In this document: piece after piece, positions 45,541 through 55,030 of the stretch
How the letters are laid out: each line of letters opens with the position of its first letter
Numbering within the stretch: the stretch's first letter is position 1
From: Candidatus Multivorans sp.
GTDB taxonomy: Bacteria; Acidobacteriota; Thermoanaerobaculia; Multivoradales; Multivoraceae
DNA: 64,000 bases
Reading direction: 5' to 3'
Assembly: GCA_965224025.1 (NCBI GenBank)
Contig: OZ245033.1
Coordinates: 1,120,001-1,184,000 of the forward strand
Notes under the pieces: model-generated
Databases searched by the model: none
Told to the model about the DNA's origin: nothing
Seen by the model: the letters and a program-made list of their open reading frames with translations, nothing else
Program-made: the position numbers and the translations under genes

Positions 45541-46988
45541 TGGCCACCGCCACGGACACGATCGAAGCACTCGCGCAGCGCGACTACGAGTACGGCTTCG
45601 TCACCGACGTCGAGCAGGACACCGCCCCGCCGGGACTGAGCGAGGAGATCATCGCCTTCATCTCGGCCAAGAAGAACGAGCCCCAGTGGTTGCTCGACTG
45701 GCGGTTGGAGGCCTACCGGGGCTGGCTGAAGATGGTCGAGCCGCGGTGGGCGAACGTGCGCTACGCGCCGATCGACTACCAGTCGATCTGTTACTACGCC
45801 GCGCCGAAGAGCGACGACGACCGGCCGAAGAGCCTCGACGAGATCGATCCCGAGATCCTCGCCACCTACGAGAAGCTGGGCATTCCGCTCAAGGAGCAGG
45901 AAATGCTCGCTGGCGTGGCGGTGGACGCCGTGTTCGACAGCGTCTCCGTGGCGACGACCTTCCGCGAGAAACTGGCGGAACTGGGCGTCATCTTCTGCTC
46001 CTTCTCCGAGGCGGTGCAAGACCACCCCGACCTGGTGCGCAGGTACCTGGGCACCGTCGTGCCGCGGCGGGACAACTTCTTCGCCGCCCTGAACTCGGCC
46101 GTGTTCTCGGACGGCTCCTTCGTCTATATCCCGAAGGGCGTGCGATGCCCGATGGAGCTGTCCACCTACTTCCGCATCAACGCGATGAACACCGGCCAGT
46201 TCGAGCGCACGCTGATCATTGCCGACGAGGGCAGCCACGTCAGTTACCTCGAAGGTTGCACGGCGCCCATGCGGGACGAGAACCAGTTGCACGCGGCGGT
46301 CGTCGAACTGGTGGCGCACGAGGACGCGAGGATCAAGTATTCCACGGTCCAGAACTGGTATCCGGGCGACAAGGAAGGCGTGGGCGGCATCTACAACTTC
46401 GTCACCAAACGCGGCCTGTGCGAGGGCCGGCGGAGCAAGATCTCCTGGACCCAGGTCGAGACCGGCTCGGCCGTGACCTGGAAGTACCCGAGCTGCATCC
46501 TCAAGGGCGACGACTCGGTGGGCGAGTTCTACTCGGTGGCGGTGTCCAACAACCGCCAGCAGGCCGACACCGGGACCAAGATGATCCATGTCGGCAAGCG
46601 CACCACGAGCACGATCGTCTCCAAGGGGATCTCAGCGGGCGAGGGCCAGAACACGTACCGCGGATCGGTGCGGATCCTGCGCTCGGCCGAAGATGCCAGG
46701 AACTTCTCGCAGTGCGACTCGATGCTGATCGGGGATCGCTGCGGAGCACACACGTTCCCCTACATCGACGTCGCCAATCCGAGCGCCCAGATGGAGCACG
46801 AAGCGTCGACATCGAAGATCGGCGAGGACCAGATCTTCTACTGCAATCAACGGGGCATCGAGACCGAGGATGCCGTTTCCATGATCGTCAACGGGTTCTG
46901 CAAGGAAGTGTTTCGCGAACTGCCGATGGAGTTCGCGGTGGAGGCACAGAAGCTGCTCGAGGTCAGCCTCGAGGGCAGCGTCGGCTGA
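45540..46988 (+). CDS. sufB: Fe-S cluster assembly protein SufB
   Basis: [37 protein letters not shown] and [10 protein letters not shown]. Confidence 0.97.
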   Translation: MATATDTIEALAQRDYEYGFVTDVEQDTAPPGLSEEIIAFISAKKNEPQWLLDWRLEAYRGWLKMVEPRWANVRYAPIDYQSICYYAAPKSDDDRPKSLDEIDPEILATYEKLGIPLKEQEMLAGVAVDAVFDSVSVATTFREKLAELGVIFCSFSEAVQDHPDLVRRYLGTVVPRRDNFFAALNSAVFSDGSFVYIPKGVRCPMELSTYFRINAMNTGQFERTLIIADEGSHVSYLEGCTAPMRDENQLHAAVVELVAHEDARIKYSTVQNWYPGDKEGVGGIYNFVTKRGLCEGRRSKISWTQVETGSAVTWKYPSCILKGDDSVGEFYSVAVSNNRQQADTGTKMIHVGKRTTSTIVSKGISAGEGQNTYRGSVRILRSAEDARNFSQCDSMLIGDRCGAHTFPYIDVANPSAQMEHEASTSKIGEDQIFYCNQRGIETEDAVSMIVNGFCKEVFRELPMEFAVEAQKLLEVSLEGSVG

Positions 46989-47040
46989 TCGACGCCGACG
47001 TTGCCGGAACCGGAAGCGGCCGCTTGGCGCCGCACGGAGA

Positions 47041-47805
47041 GTGACAGCAATGCTGAGGGTGACGGACCTTCACGCGAGGGTCGAAGAACAGGAAATCCTG
47101 CGGGGAGTCAACCTGGAGGTCAAGGCAGGCGAAGTCCATGCCGTGATGGGGCCGAACGGCTCCGGCAAGAGCACGCTGGCGCTGGTGCTCGCGGGCCGGG
47201 AGGACTACGAGATCACCGCCGGCGCCCTCGAACTGGACGGCGAGGACCTGCGGGAGATGGCGCCCGAAGAGCGTGCCCATGCCGGACTCTTCCTGGCCTT
47301 CCAGTACCCGGTCGAGATCCCGGGCGTCGGCAACAGCTACTTCCTCAAGGCGGCGCTCAACGCGATCCGCAAGGCGAGGGGCGAACAGGAACTCGACGCG
47401 ATGGACTTCCTCCAACTGCTGCGCGAGCGGGCGAAGCTGGTGGACGTGGACGAGGCGCTGCTGCGGCGTCCGGTGAACGAGGGCTTTTCCGGCGGCGAGA
47501 AGAAACGGAACGAGATCCTCCAGATGGCCGTGCTAGAGCCCCGGCTCGGGGTGCTCGACGAGACGGACTCCGGGCTCGACATCGACGCTCTGAAGACCGT
47601 GGCGGCGGGCGTGAACGCGCTGCGGCGCGAGGACCGGGCGTTCGTCGTGATCACCCACTACCAGCGGCTCCTGAACTACATCATCCCGGACCACGTGCAC
47701 GTGCTGCTGGACGGGCGGATCGTGCGCTCGGGCGGCAGCGAGCTCGCGCACGAACTCGAAGCGAAAGGCTATGCCGGCTTGAACGGCGGCTCGGCGGGGG
47801 CTTGA
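47041..47805 (+). CDS. sufC: Fe-S cluster assembly ATPase SufC
   Basis: GPNGSGKSTL, FQYPVEIPGV, FSGGEKKRNE, LDETDSGLD and ITHYQRLL. Confidence 0.97.
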   Translation: MTAMLRVTDLHARVEEQEILRGVNLEVKAGEVHAVMGPNGSGKSTLALVLAGREDYEITAGALELDGEDLREMAPEERAHAGLFLAFQYPVEIPGVGNSYFLKAALNAIRKARGEQELDAMDFLQLLRERAKLVDVDEALLRRPVNEGFSGGEKKRNEILQMAVLEPRLGVLDETDSGLDIDALKTVAAGVNALRREDRAFVVITHYQRLLNYIIPDHVHVLLDGRIVRSGGSELAHELEAKGYAGLNGGSAGA

Positions 47806-47818
47806 ACGGGAGCCGTCC

Positions 47819-49204
47819 ATGACCGCCGCCGACACGCCCGCCGCGCCCTACCTGGACCTCTTCGCCCGCCGCGGTGAACGGTCCGGCGAGGCGGAGTCCG
47901 TCCGGACGAGACGCCGGGAGGCGATCGAGCGCTTCAAGGCGGCCGGTTTCCCGGGCCGGGGCGACGAAGAGTGGCGGCAGACGAACATCGGACCTCTGCT
48001 GCGCGCGGCAGTGAGCGAAGCCCCGTCGCGGGCGCTCGAAGGGGCGCGGGCGAAACCATTCCTCTACCCGGGATGCGACCGGCTGGTGTTCGTGAACGGC
48101 CGCTTCGCGCCGGAGTTCTCCTCGGCGCCGGAGAAGGTCGTCGCGGCCTCCCTGGCCGACCTCGATGCCGCGGACCGCGCTTCCGAGGCGGTGGCCGAGC
48201 ATCTCGGCGCAACCGTCGATGGTCGCGCTTCCTGCAGTGCGGACGCCGGCGTCCACCCGTTTGCCGCGTTGAACACAGCCCTGTTCGAGGACGGCGCGGT
48301 GATCGCAATCCCTGCCGGCGTGGTGCTGGAGAGGCCCGTGCAGGTGCTCTGGCTCAGTGCTCCCGCCGCGAACAACGGTGCGGAGGGCAGTGCCTCGCCC
48401 GAGACCGTCGAGGTCAGTTTTCCGCGCCTGCTGGTCGTCGCCGGCGAGAACAGTCAGGGGTCGATCATCGAGACCTTCGCCTCGACCGGCGCGGATGGAG
48501 GAGCCTACTTCGTCTGCCCGGCGGCGGAGTTCGTCTGCCAGTCGGGGGCCGTCCTGCACCACACGCGCCTGCAGGCCGATGCGACGGACGCCTTTCACCT
48601 CGGCTTCCAGCACGCCCGTCTCGAGCGTTCCGCGTTCTTCGACTCCTCGTCCCTGGCCTTCGGCGGCGGTCTGGTGCGGAACGATGCAGTCGCCCTGCTG
48701 GACGGCCAGGGCGCCCACTGCACCCTCGACGGCCTCTACGTCGTCGCCGGCGCCCAGTTCGTGGACAACCACATGCGGGTCGAGCACCGGCAACCGCACA
48801 CCACGAGCCATCAGCTCTACAAGGGCGTCCTGGACGACCGTGCGCGCTCAGTGTTCAACGGCCGCATCTACGTGCATCAGGCGGCGCAGAAAACGGACGC
48901 CAAGCAGACGAACCGCAACCTGCTGCTGTCCAAGTCGGCCCTAGCCAACAGCAATCCGCAGCTCGAGATCTTCGCCGACGACGTGCGCTGCACCCACGGT
49001 TCGACGATCGGCCGCCTGGACGAGGACGCGCTCTTCTACCTGCGCGCCCGCGGCATCCCTCGCGACGAGGCCCACGGCATGCTCGTCTACGCCTTCGCCC
49101 GGGAGCTGGTCGAGAAGGCGTCTTTCGAGCCGCTACGGCAGGACCTGGAGGGTCGGCTGCTCGCCAGTCTCAACGGCGGCGCGGGCAACGGCCGGGGCGG
49201 ATAG
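47819..49204 (+). CDS. sufD: Fe-S cluster assembly protein SufD
   Basis: EEWRQT, QLYKGVL, VFNGRI, PQLEIFADDVRCTHG and FYLRARGI. Confidence 0.94.
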   Translation: MTAADTPAAPYLDLFARRGERSGEAESVRTRRREAIERFKAAGFPGRGDEEWRQTNIGPLLRAAVSEAPSRALEGARAKPFLYPGCDRLVFVNGRFAPEFSSAPEKVVAASLADLDAADRASEAVAEHLGATVDGRASCSADAGVHPFAALNTALFEDGAVIAIPAGVVLERPVQVLWLSAPAANNGAEGSASPETVEVSFPRLLVVAGENSQGSIIETFASTGADGGAYFVCPAAEFVCQSGAVLHHTRLQADATDAFHLGFQHARLERSAFFDSSSLAFGGGLVRNDAVALLDGQGAHCTLDGLYVVAGAQFVDNHMRVEHRQPHTTSHQLYKGVLDDRARSVFNGRIYVHQAAQKTDAKQTNRNLLLSKSALANSNPQLEIFADDVRCTHGSTIGRLDEDALFYLRARGIPRDEAHGMLVYAFARELVEKASFEPLRQDLEGRLLASLNGGAGNGRGG

Positions 49205-49208
49205 ACCG

Positions 49209-50492
49209 ATGACGGCGCCGGCGCCCTTGCCAGAGCGGGAGCGGCCGGCGGCGGCCGGGACCCTCGATGTCGACCGCCTGCGCGCCTCGTTCCCCATCCT
49301 CGATCAGGAAGTGCACGGCCACCCGCTGGTCTACCTCGACAACGCGGCCAGCTCCCAGCGTCCGGAGGCGGTGATCGACGCGGTGAGCGACTGCTACCGC
49401 ACCTACTACGCGAACGCTCACCGCGGCGTCCACGCGCTGTCCGAGCGGTCCACCGACGCCTACGAGGCGGCCCGCGGCAAGGTCGCTCGCTTCATCGGCG
49501 CCGCGAGCAGCGCCGAGCTGATCTTCACCCGGGGCACCACGGAGAGCCTGAACCTGGTCGCTCAAAGCTACGCCCGGCCGCGGCTCAGGCCCGGTGACGA
49601 GGTGCTGCTGACCGAGATGGAGCACCACTCGAACATCGTCCCCTGGCAGCTCGTCTGCGAGCAGACCGGCGCCCGGGTTCGGGCGACGCCGATCACGAAC
49701 GGCGGCGACGTCGACCTGGACGCGATGGCCGAGCTGATCGGCGAACGCACCAGGGTGGTCGCGCTGGCCCACGTCTCGAACGCCCTGGGCACGGTGAACG
49801 ATGTGTCGGCCGTGGGCAAGCTTGTTCGGGACCGCTCGGATGCTGCCGTCGTCGTCGACGGCGCCCAGGGCGTGCCGCACATGGAGGTCGACGTGTCCGC
49901 GCTTGGCTGCGACTTCTACGCCTTTTCCGGCCACAAGATGTACGGCCCCGGCGGAATCGGCGGGCTGTGGGGTCGTGGCGAACTCCTTGCGTCGATGCCG
50001 CCCTACCACGGCGGCGGCGCGATGATCACGCACGTGAGCTTCGAGCGCACGGAGTACACCGTGCCGCCCCACCGGTTCGAAGCCGGCACGCCGAGCATCG
50101 CGCCGGCCATCGGGCTCGGCGTCGCGGTCGACTTCCTCGAGTCGATCGGACTGGAGCGGATCGAGCAACACGAGCAGGAGCTTCTTTCCCACACTTTGGA
50201 AAGACTTGACGATCTTCCCTGGGTGTGGGTGTTGGGGCAGGCCCCCGGCGCCGTGCAGTCGCGGGCCGCCGTTGTGTCGCTGGTGATCGACGGCGCCCAC
50301 CCCCACGATGTGGCAACCATCCTCGACGAGCAGGGAATCGCCATCCGGGCGGGCCACCACTGCGCCCAGCCGCTGATGGAGCGGCTCGGCGTCCCGGCCA
50401 CCGTGCGCGCCTCGTTCGGGATGTACAACACCCACGAAGAAGTCGACCAGCTCGTCCTCGGCCTGCACGAAGTGCGGCGGATCTTCGGCTGA
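49209..50492 (+). CDS. sufS: Cysteine desulfurase SufS
   Basis: YLDNAAS, EHHSN, DGAQ, SGHK and RAGHHCAQP. Confidence 0.96.
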   Translation: MTAPAPLPERERPAAAGTLDVDRLRASFPILDQEVHGHPLVYLDNAASSQRPEAVIDAVSDCYRTYYANAHRGVHALSERSTDAYEAARGKVARFIGAASSAELIFTRGTTESLNLVAQSYARPRLRPGDEVLLTEMEHHSNIVPWQLVCEQTGARVRATPITNGGDVDLDAMAELIGERTRVVALAHVSNALGTVNDVSAVGKLVRDRSDAAVVVDGAQGVPHMEVDVSALGCDFYAFSGHKMYGPGGIGGLWGRGELLASMPPYHGGGAMITHVSFERTEYTVPPHRFEAGTPSIAPAIGLGVAVDFLESIGLERIEQHEQELLSHTLERLDDLPWVWVLGQAPGAVQSRAAVVSLVIDGAHPHDVATILDEQGIAIRAGHHCAQPLMERLGVPATVRASFGMYNTHEEVDQLVLGLHEVRRIFG

Positions 50493-50516
50493 GGGACGTA
50501 GTCTCGGGCCAACGCA

Positions 50517-50969
50517 ATGTCGGACCTCCGCGATCTCTACCAGCAGGTCATCCTCGACCACTACCGCGCGCCGCGCAACTTCGGTGCGTTGGAGCCGGTG
50601 TCGAGTTGCGCCGAGGGCTACAACCCGCTGTGCGGCGACAGGGTCAAGGTCTACTTGCGGACTGACGGCGACCGCGTCGAGGGCTTGAGCTTCGAAGGCG
50701 TGGGGTGTGCGATCTCGACCGCCTCGGCGTCGTTGATGACGGAGGCGGTGCGCGGACTGGAACGCGGGCAGGCGGAGGCGCTGCTCTCAACCTTCCTGGC
50801 CCTGATGACCGGCGAGGGCGAACCGGGCGAGGGCGTCGAACTCGGCAAGCTGGAGGTTCTGAGCGGCGTCCGCGACTATCCGGTCCGGATCAAGTGCGCG
50901 ACCCTGGCGTGGCATGCTCTACACGCCGCGCTGGAAGGCGGCGACGCGGCGGCGGTATCCACCGAATGA
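50517..50969 (+). CDS. sufU: SufU / NifU-N sulfur transfer protein
   Basis: LYQQVILDH, NPLCGD, GCAISTASAS and RIKCATL. Confidence 0.94.
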   Translation: MSDLRDLYQQVILDHYRAPRNFGALEPVSSCAEGYNPLCGDRVKVYLRTDGDRVEGLSFEGVGCAISTASASLMTEAVRGLERGQAEALLSTFLALMTGEGEPGEGVELGKLEVLSGVRDYPVRIKCATLAWHALHAALEGGDAAAVSTE

Positions 50970-51004
50970 AGTGGCCGCGCCGGGGCAGAACGGAGGAACC
51001 TGCA

Positions 51005-51346
51005 ATGGACAAGGCGGCAGCAACCATGACGCCCTCGACGGCGGTTGATCTGGAGGCCAGGATCGTCGAGGCCCTCAAGACCGTCTACGACCCGGAAATC
51101 CCGGTCGACATCTATGAACTCGGCCTGATCTACGACGTGAGCATCGATGCGAGCGCCCATGTTCAAGTGCGGATGACCCTGACCTCGCCGCACTGTCCGG
51201 TCGCCGAGTCGCTCCCCGGCGATGTCGAACGCACGGTGCGCGGCGTCGAGGGCGTCGATGACGCCGAGGTCGAGGTGGTCTGGGACCCGACCTGGAATCC
51301 GGCCATGATGAGCGAGGCGGCCAAACTCGAATTGGGGTTCTTCTGA
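51005..51346 (+). CDS. sufT: SufT / DUF59 Fe-S assembly protein
   Basis: [24 protein letters not shown] and [10 protein letters not shown]; alternative start 50966. Confidence 0.9.
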   Translation: MDKAAATMTPSTAVDLEARIVEALKTVYDPEIPVDIYELGLIYDVSIDASAHVQVRMTLTSPHCPVAESLPGDVERTVRGVEGVDDAEVEVVWDPTWNPAMMSEAAKLELGFF

Positions 51347-51867
51347 TGAGACGACGATCCACAGTGACCGTGGTGGCTGTCGTAGGCCTGATTCTCGTGG
51401 CGTCGATGGCCGGCGCCGAGGAGAAGGACCACGGCCTGCGGGGCGCGAAGTTCCCGCAGCCGGGCGTCCTCTTCGGCGGCCAGCCGACGCAAGCGCAGCT
51501 CGAAGCGATGGCGGCGGACGGCCTGGGCTTGGTCCTAGACCTCCGTGCGAAGGGCGAAAACCGCGGCTTCGACGAGTCCGCGGCCCTGCAGAGCCTGGAC
51601 ATTGCGTACCTGAACCTGCCGGTGGACGCGGAACGGCTCACGCAGCCCGAGACCTTCGAGCGTTTCATCGACGCGATGAAGAAGCTCGATGGTCCGACCC
51701 TCGTTCACTGCGCCTCCGGCAACCGCGTCGGCGCCTTGTACTACGCCTACCTGGTCGCTGGAAAGGGCGTCGACCGGGAAGAGGCCCGCGCCCTCGCCAA
51801 GGAGAACGGTCTCCGGAGTTCGACGCTCGAGAAAGCCGTCGACCGCTACCTGGATTCGAAGCCCTGA
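51346..51867 (+). CDS. Exported phosphatase-fold / sulfur-transferase-like protein (DUF442-like)
   Basis: Signal peptide; GGQP, VLDLR and HCASGNR (CX5R-like loop). Confidence 0.75.
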   Translation: MRRRSTVTVVAVVGLILVASMAGAEEKDHGLRGAKFPQPGVLFGGQPTQAQLEAMAADGLGLVLDLRAKGENRGFDESAALQSLDIAYLNLPVDAERLTQPETFERFIDAMKKLDGPTLVHCASGNRVGALYYAYLVAGKGVDREEARALAKENGLRSSTLEKAVDRYLDSKP

Positions 51868-51908
51868 CTCGCGTCGGTGCACGAGGTTGGCGGCGTCCCG
51901 CCCTGGAC

Positions 51909-53885
51909 GTGGCGACGGACACACTGCGCTTCCTCGCCGTCGACATGGTGGAACGGGCGAACAGCGGCCATCCGGGCGCGCCGATGGGCCAGGCGGCGAT
52001 GGCGGCCCTGCTGTGGACCCGCTATCTGCGCTTCGCGCCCCAGGATCCGCGGTGGCCGAACCGGGACCGCTTCGTGCTCTCCTGCGGCCACGCCTCGGCG
52101 CTGATCTACGGCCTCCTGCACCTGGCCGGCTACGACCTGAGCATCGAGGAGATCCGCAACTTCCGGCAGTACGGTTCGCTGACGCCGGGACACCCGGAGC
52201 ACGGCCTGACACCCGGCGTCGAGGTGACGACCGGCCCGCTTGGCCAAGGCATCTCGGCCGCCGTCGGCATGGCGATGGCCGAGCAACTGCTCGCGGCGCG
52301 CTTCAACCGTCCCGGCTACACCCTGTTCGAACATCGCACCTGGGTGCTGGCCAGCGACGGCGACCTGATGGAGGGCGTCGTCTCCGAGTCCTGCTCCATG
52401 GCCGGCCACCTCGGGCTCGGCAAGTTGAACGTGCTCTACGACGCGAACCGGATCACCATCGACGGCCCGACCGATCTGAGCTTCAGCGAGGACGTGGTCG
52501 GCCGCTACCAGGCCTACGGTTGGCACACTCTCTCGGTCGACGACGGCAACGACGTCGAGATCCTGGCCGCCGCGTTCGACGCGGCTCTGACGGAGACCGG
52601 CCGCCCGACCCTGATCAAGGTCAGCACCCACATCGGCTACGGCAGTCCGAACAAGCAGGACACGGCGGCGTCCCACGGCGCGCCCCTGGGCGCCGGCGAA
52701 GTGGTCGCAACCAAGGAGGCCCTGGGCTGGCCGCTCGAGCCCGAGTTCCTGGTGCCCGACGCCGCCCGCGAGGCCTTCGCGCCGGCGGCCGACTTCGGCC
52801 GCGACGCCGCGGCGGAGTGGCGTAGGTTGCTCGACGCCTACCGCCGCGAGCACCCGGAAGCGGCCGCCGAACTCGACCGTCGACTGACCGTGGCGCTGCC
52901 CGACGGCTGGCGCGAGGCCCTGCCCCGCTTCGACCCGGCATCCGGCCCGATCGCCACCCGCTCCGCCTCCGGCGTCACGCTCAACGCGCTGAAGGACCTG
53001 GTGCCGGAACTCGCCGGCGGCTCGGCGGACCTGACCGGCTCGAACAACACGCTGCTCGAAGGCGAAGGCGACTACGCCGCCGGCGCGCCGACGCGTCACT
53101 TCCGTTTCGGCGTGCGCGAGCACGCGATGGCCGCGGCGATGAACGGTCTGGCGCTCTCGGATCTGTTCCGCCCCTACGGCGGCACCTTCCTCTGCTTCCT
53201 CGACTACCTCAAGCCCAGTCTCCGCCTCGCGGCGCTGATGGAACTCCGGGCCATCTACGTGTTCACCCACGACTCCGTGTTCCTGGGCGAGGACGGACCG
53301 ACGCACCAGCCGATCGAGCACCTCGCGCACCTGCGCGCGGTGCCGGGCCTCGTCGTTGTCCGTCCGGCCGACGCGAACGAGACCGCCGCCGCCTGGGCGC
53401 TGGCGCTCGAGACCCCGGGCCCGTGCGCTCTGATCCTCACGCGCCAGAAGCTGCCCGTGCTCGAAGCGGCAGCGGACCGCGCGCTCGAGGGCGTCGCCCG
53501 GGGCGCCTACGTACTGGAAGAGGGCGGCGCCGAGCCCGACCTGATCCTGATCGCCACCGGCTCCGAGGTCGCGCCTGCAGTTGCTGCGGCCGCCGAACTC
53601 ACGGCCGAAGGCCACGGGGTCCGCGTCGTCAGCATGCCCTCCTGGGAAGCCTTCGCGGCTCAGCCGCAGTCTTACCGCGATGAGGTGCTGCCCCCAAACG
53701 CCCGCCGCCGACTGGCCGTCGAGGCCGCGGCGACCCTCGGCTGGGAACGGTGGACCGGCACCGACGGCGACGTGCTCGGCCTCGACCGCTTCGGCGCCTC
53801 CGCGCCGTACGGGGCTCTGGTCGAGAACCTGGGGCTGAACGCGACCGCGATCGCGGCGCGTGCGCGGCGGCTCCTCGGAGGTTGA
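51909..53885 (+). CDS. tkt: Transketolase
   Basis: [35 protein letters not shown] and GEDGPTHQP. Confidence 0.97.
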   Translation: MATDTLRFLAVDMVERANSGHPGAPMGQAAMAALLWTRYLRFAPQDPRWPNRDRFVLSCGHASALIYGLLHLAGYDLSIEEIRNFRQYGSLTPGHPEHGLTPGVEVTTGPLGQGISAAVGMAMAEQLLAARFNRPGYTLFEHRTWVLASDGDLMEGVVSESCSMAGHLGLGKLNVLYDANRITIDGPTDLSFSEDVVGRYQAYGWHTLSVDDGNDVEILAAAFDAALTETGRPTLIKVSTHIGYGSPNKQDTAASHGAPLGAGEVVATKEALGWPLEPEFLVPDAAREAFAPAADFGRDAAAEWRRLLDAYRREHPEAAAELDRRLTVALPDGWREALPRFDPASGPIATRSASGVTLNALKDLVPELAGGSADLTGSNNTLLEGEGDYAAGAPTRHFRFGVREHAMAAAMNGLALSDLFRPYGGTFLCFLDYLKPSLRLAALMELRAIYVFTHDSVFLGEDGPTHQPIEHLAHLRAVPGLVVVRPADANETAAAWALALETPGPCALILTRQKLPVLEAAADRALEGVARGAYVLEEGGAEPDLILIATGSEVAPAVAAAAELTAEGHGVRVVSMPSWEAFAAQPQSYRDEVLPPNARRRLAVEAAATLGWERWTGTDGDVLGLDRFGASAPYGALVENLGLNATAIAARARRLLGG

Positions 53886-53976
53886 GGATCAGCCGCTCTT
53901 CGTGGCGGTCGGCACGGCATGGCGCCATGAGCCGAGACGCGGTCGGGACGCGCGCTGAAGACTGGGTGGGTGCTGG

Positions 53977-54005
53977 TTGACGGACTATTCAGAGGTCCGT
54001 AGCAT
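53977..54005 (+). promoter_or_regulatory. Promoter with overlapping inverted repeat upstream of the hicBA-like pair
   Basis: TTGACG-N17-TAGCAT; ACGGAC-N9-GTCCGT at 53980-54000. Confidence 0.55.
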
Positions 54006-54071
54006 GTCCGGTTACCCTTAGGGTCGACAGCATCAAGAATGATGCTGTGGCTGAACAATGGAGCAGACTCC

Positions 54072-54575
54072 ATGAATGCACCGGAGAAGTCAGAGGATGT
54101 GGCCGCCGTCTACCCGATCGTCTTCAAGATTCAGGTGGTCGTCCAGGGAACCGACTACAGCGCCGGTGTCGAGTTCCGGGGCGGAGCCGTAGTTACGTCA
54201 GAAGAGGACGGCTACCTGGCTCACGGACTCAAGCCCGGAGGGGTTGCAGGCATCGGGACGACATTGGTCGAGGCGTACTTCGACTTGAAGGCGAACATGG
54301 AACTCGTACTCTACGAGCTTGCAGCAAAGGCCTCGAACTACAGCGAGTTCCGCAGTTCCGTATCCCACTTCTTCCGCGACACCGATGGCTGGGCGGAGGA
54401 AGCGTTCGCGGAGGCGAGGACGCAAGTCGCCGCTGGACAAGTGACCTCTGACCTTCCCGTGAGGACGAATCCTGCACTTCGTCATCGCGTCGTTCTATTC
54501 GAGGAGCTGTTGCCAGAGAACAATCCGGAGCCCCATGGCTTGGGTTTGGCGGGCCGTGCAGAAGAAGCCGCGTAG
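54072..54575 (+). CDS. Hypothetical protein with a HicB-like antitoxin core
   Basis: EEDGYLA...PGG..GIGTTLVEAYFDLKANMELVL resembles the HicB partial RNase H fold; lower GC than neighbours. Confidence 0.55.
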   Translation: MNAPEKSEDVAAVYPIVFKIQVVVQGTDYSAGVEFRGGAVVTSEEDGYLAHGLKPGGVAGIGTTLVEAYFDLKANMELVLYELAAKASNYSEFRSSVSHFFRDTDGWAEEAFAEARTQVAAGQVTSDLPVRTNPALRHRVVLFEELLPENNPEPHGLGLAGRAEEAA

Positions 54576-54578
54576 TCC

Positions 54579-54827
54579 TTGGCGGAGATTCAGCTCAACA
54601 AGGTCTTCAAGATGCTGAACCGATGCGCCTTGGGCCACACCAAGGAACTCGGCCAGCACAGATGGATCATCGACTACCGCGGCCGCAGGTTCTATCTGCC
54701 GACAGGACAACACGGCAGGAGGCGTTCAGGACGAGGAGAGGTCCAGCGTCGTTTCGTCAAGGCCCTCTGCCGACGTTTCGACATCTTCGATTGTGCTCTT
54801 GAGGTGCTTCCTCAGCTCCGCCAGTAG
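54579..54827 (+). CDS. Small basic protein, divergent HicA-like toxin candidate
   Basis: 82 aa and basic; helix - GQH - beta hairpin - P..xH - helix pattern; 3 nt after the HicB-like gene. Confidence 0.5.
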   Translation: MAEIQLNKVFKMLNRCALGHTKELGQHRWIIDYRGRRFYLPTGQHGRRRSGRGEVQRRFVKALCRRFDIFDCALEVLPQLRQ

Positions 54828-55030
54828 ACCCGCGACCGCTCGATTCGTCTGATGACACGTCGTCGCCGCGTTGGGGGGCTTCGGGCCAGAGAATCGGGCG
54901 AACACCCGGGTAAAGTGGCCGCGTTTCTGCCCATGAGCAGTAGACTTCTTCCGGGATCAGACTGGACGGCCGATGCGGCGGAACCCCGGGAACGCGGGCA
55001 TCCTGCCCGCATCCGGCTGTTCCGGGGAAG

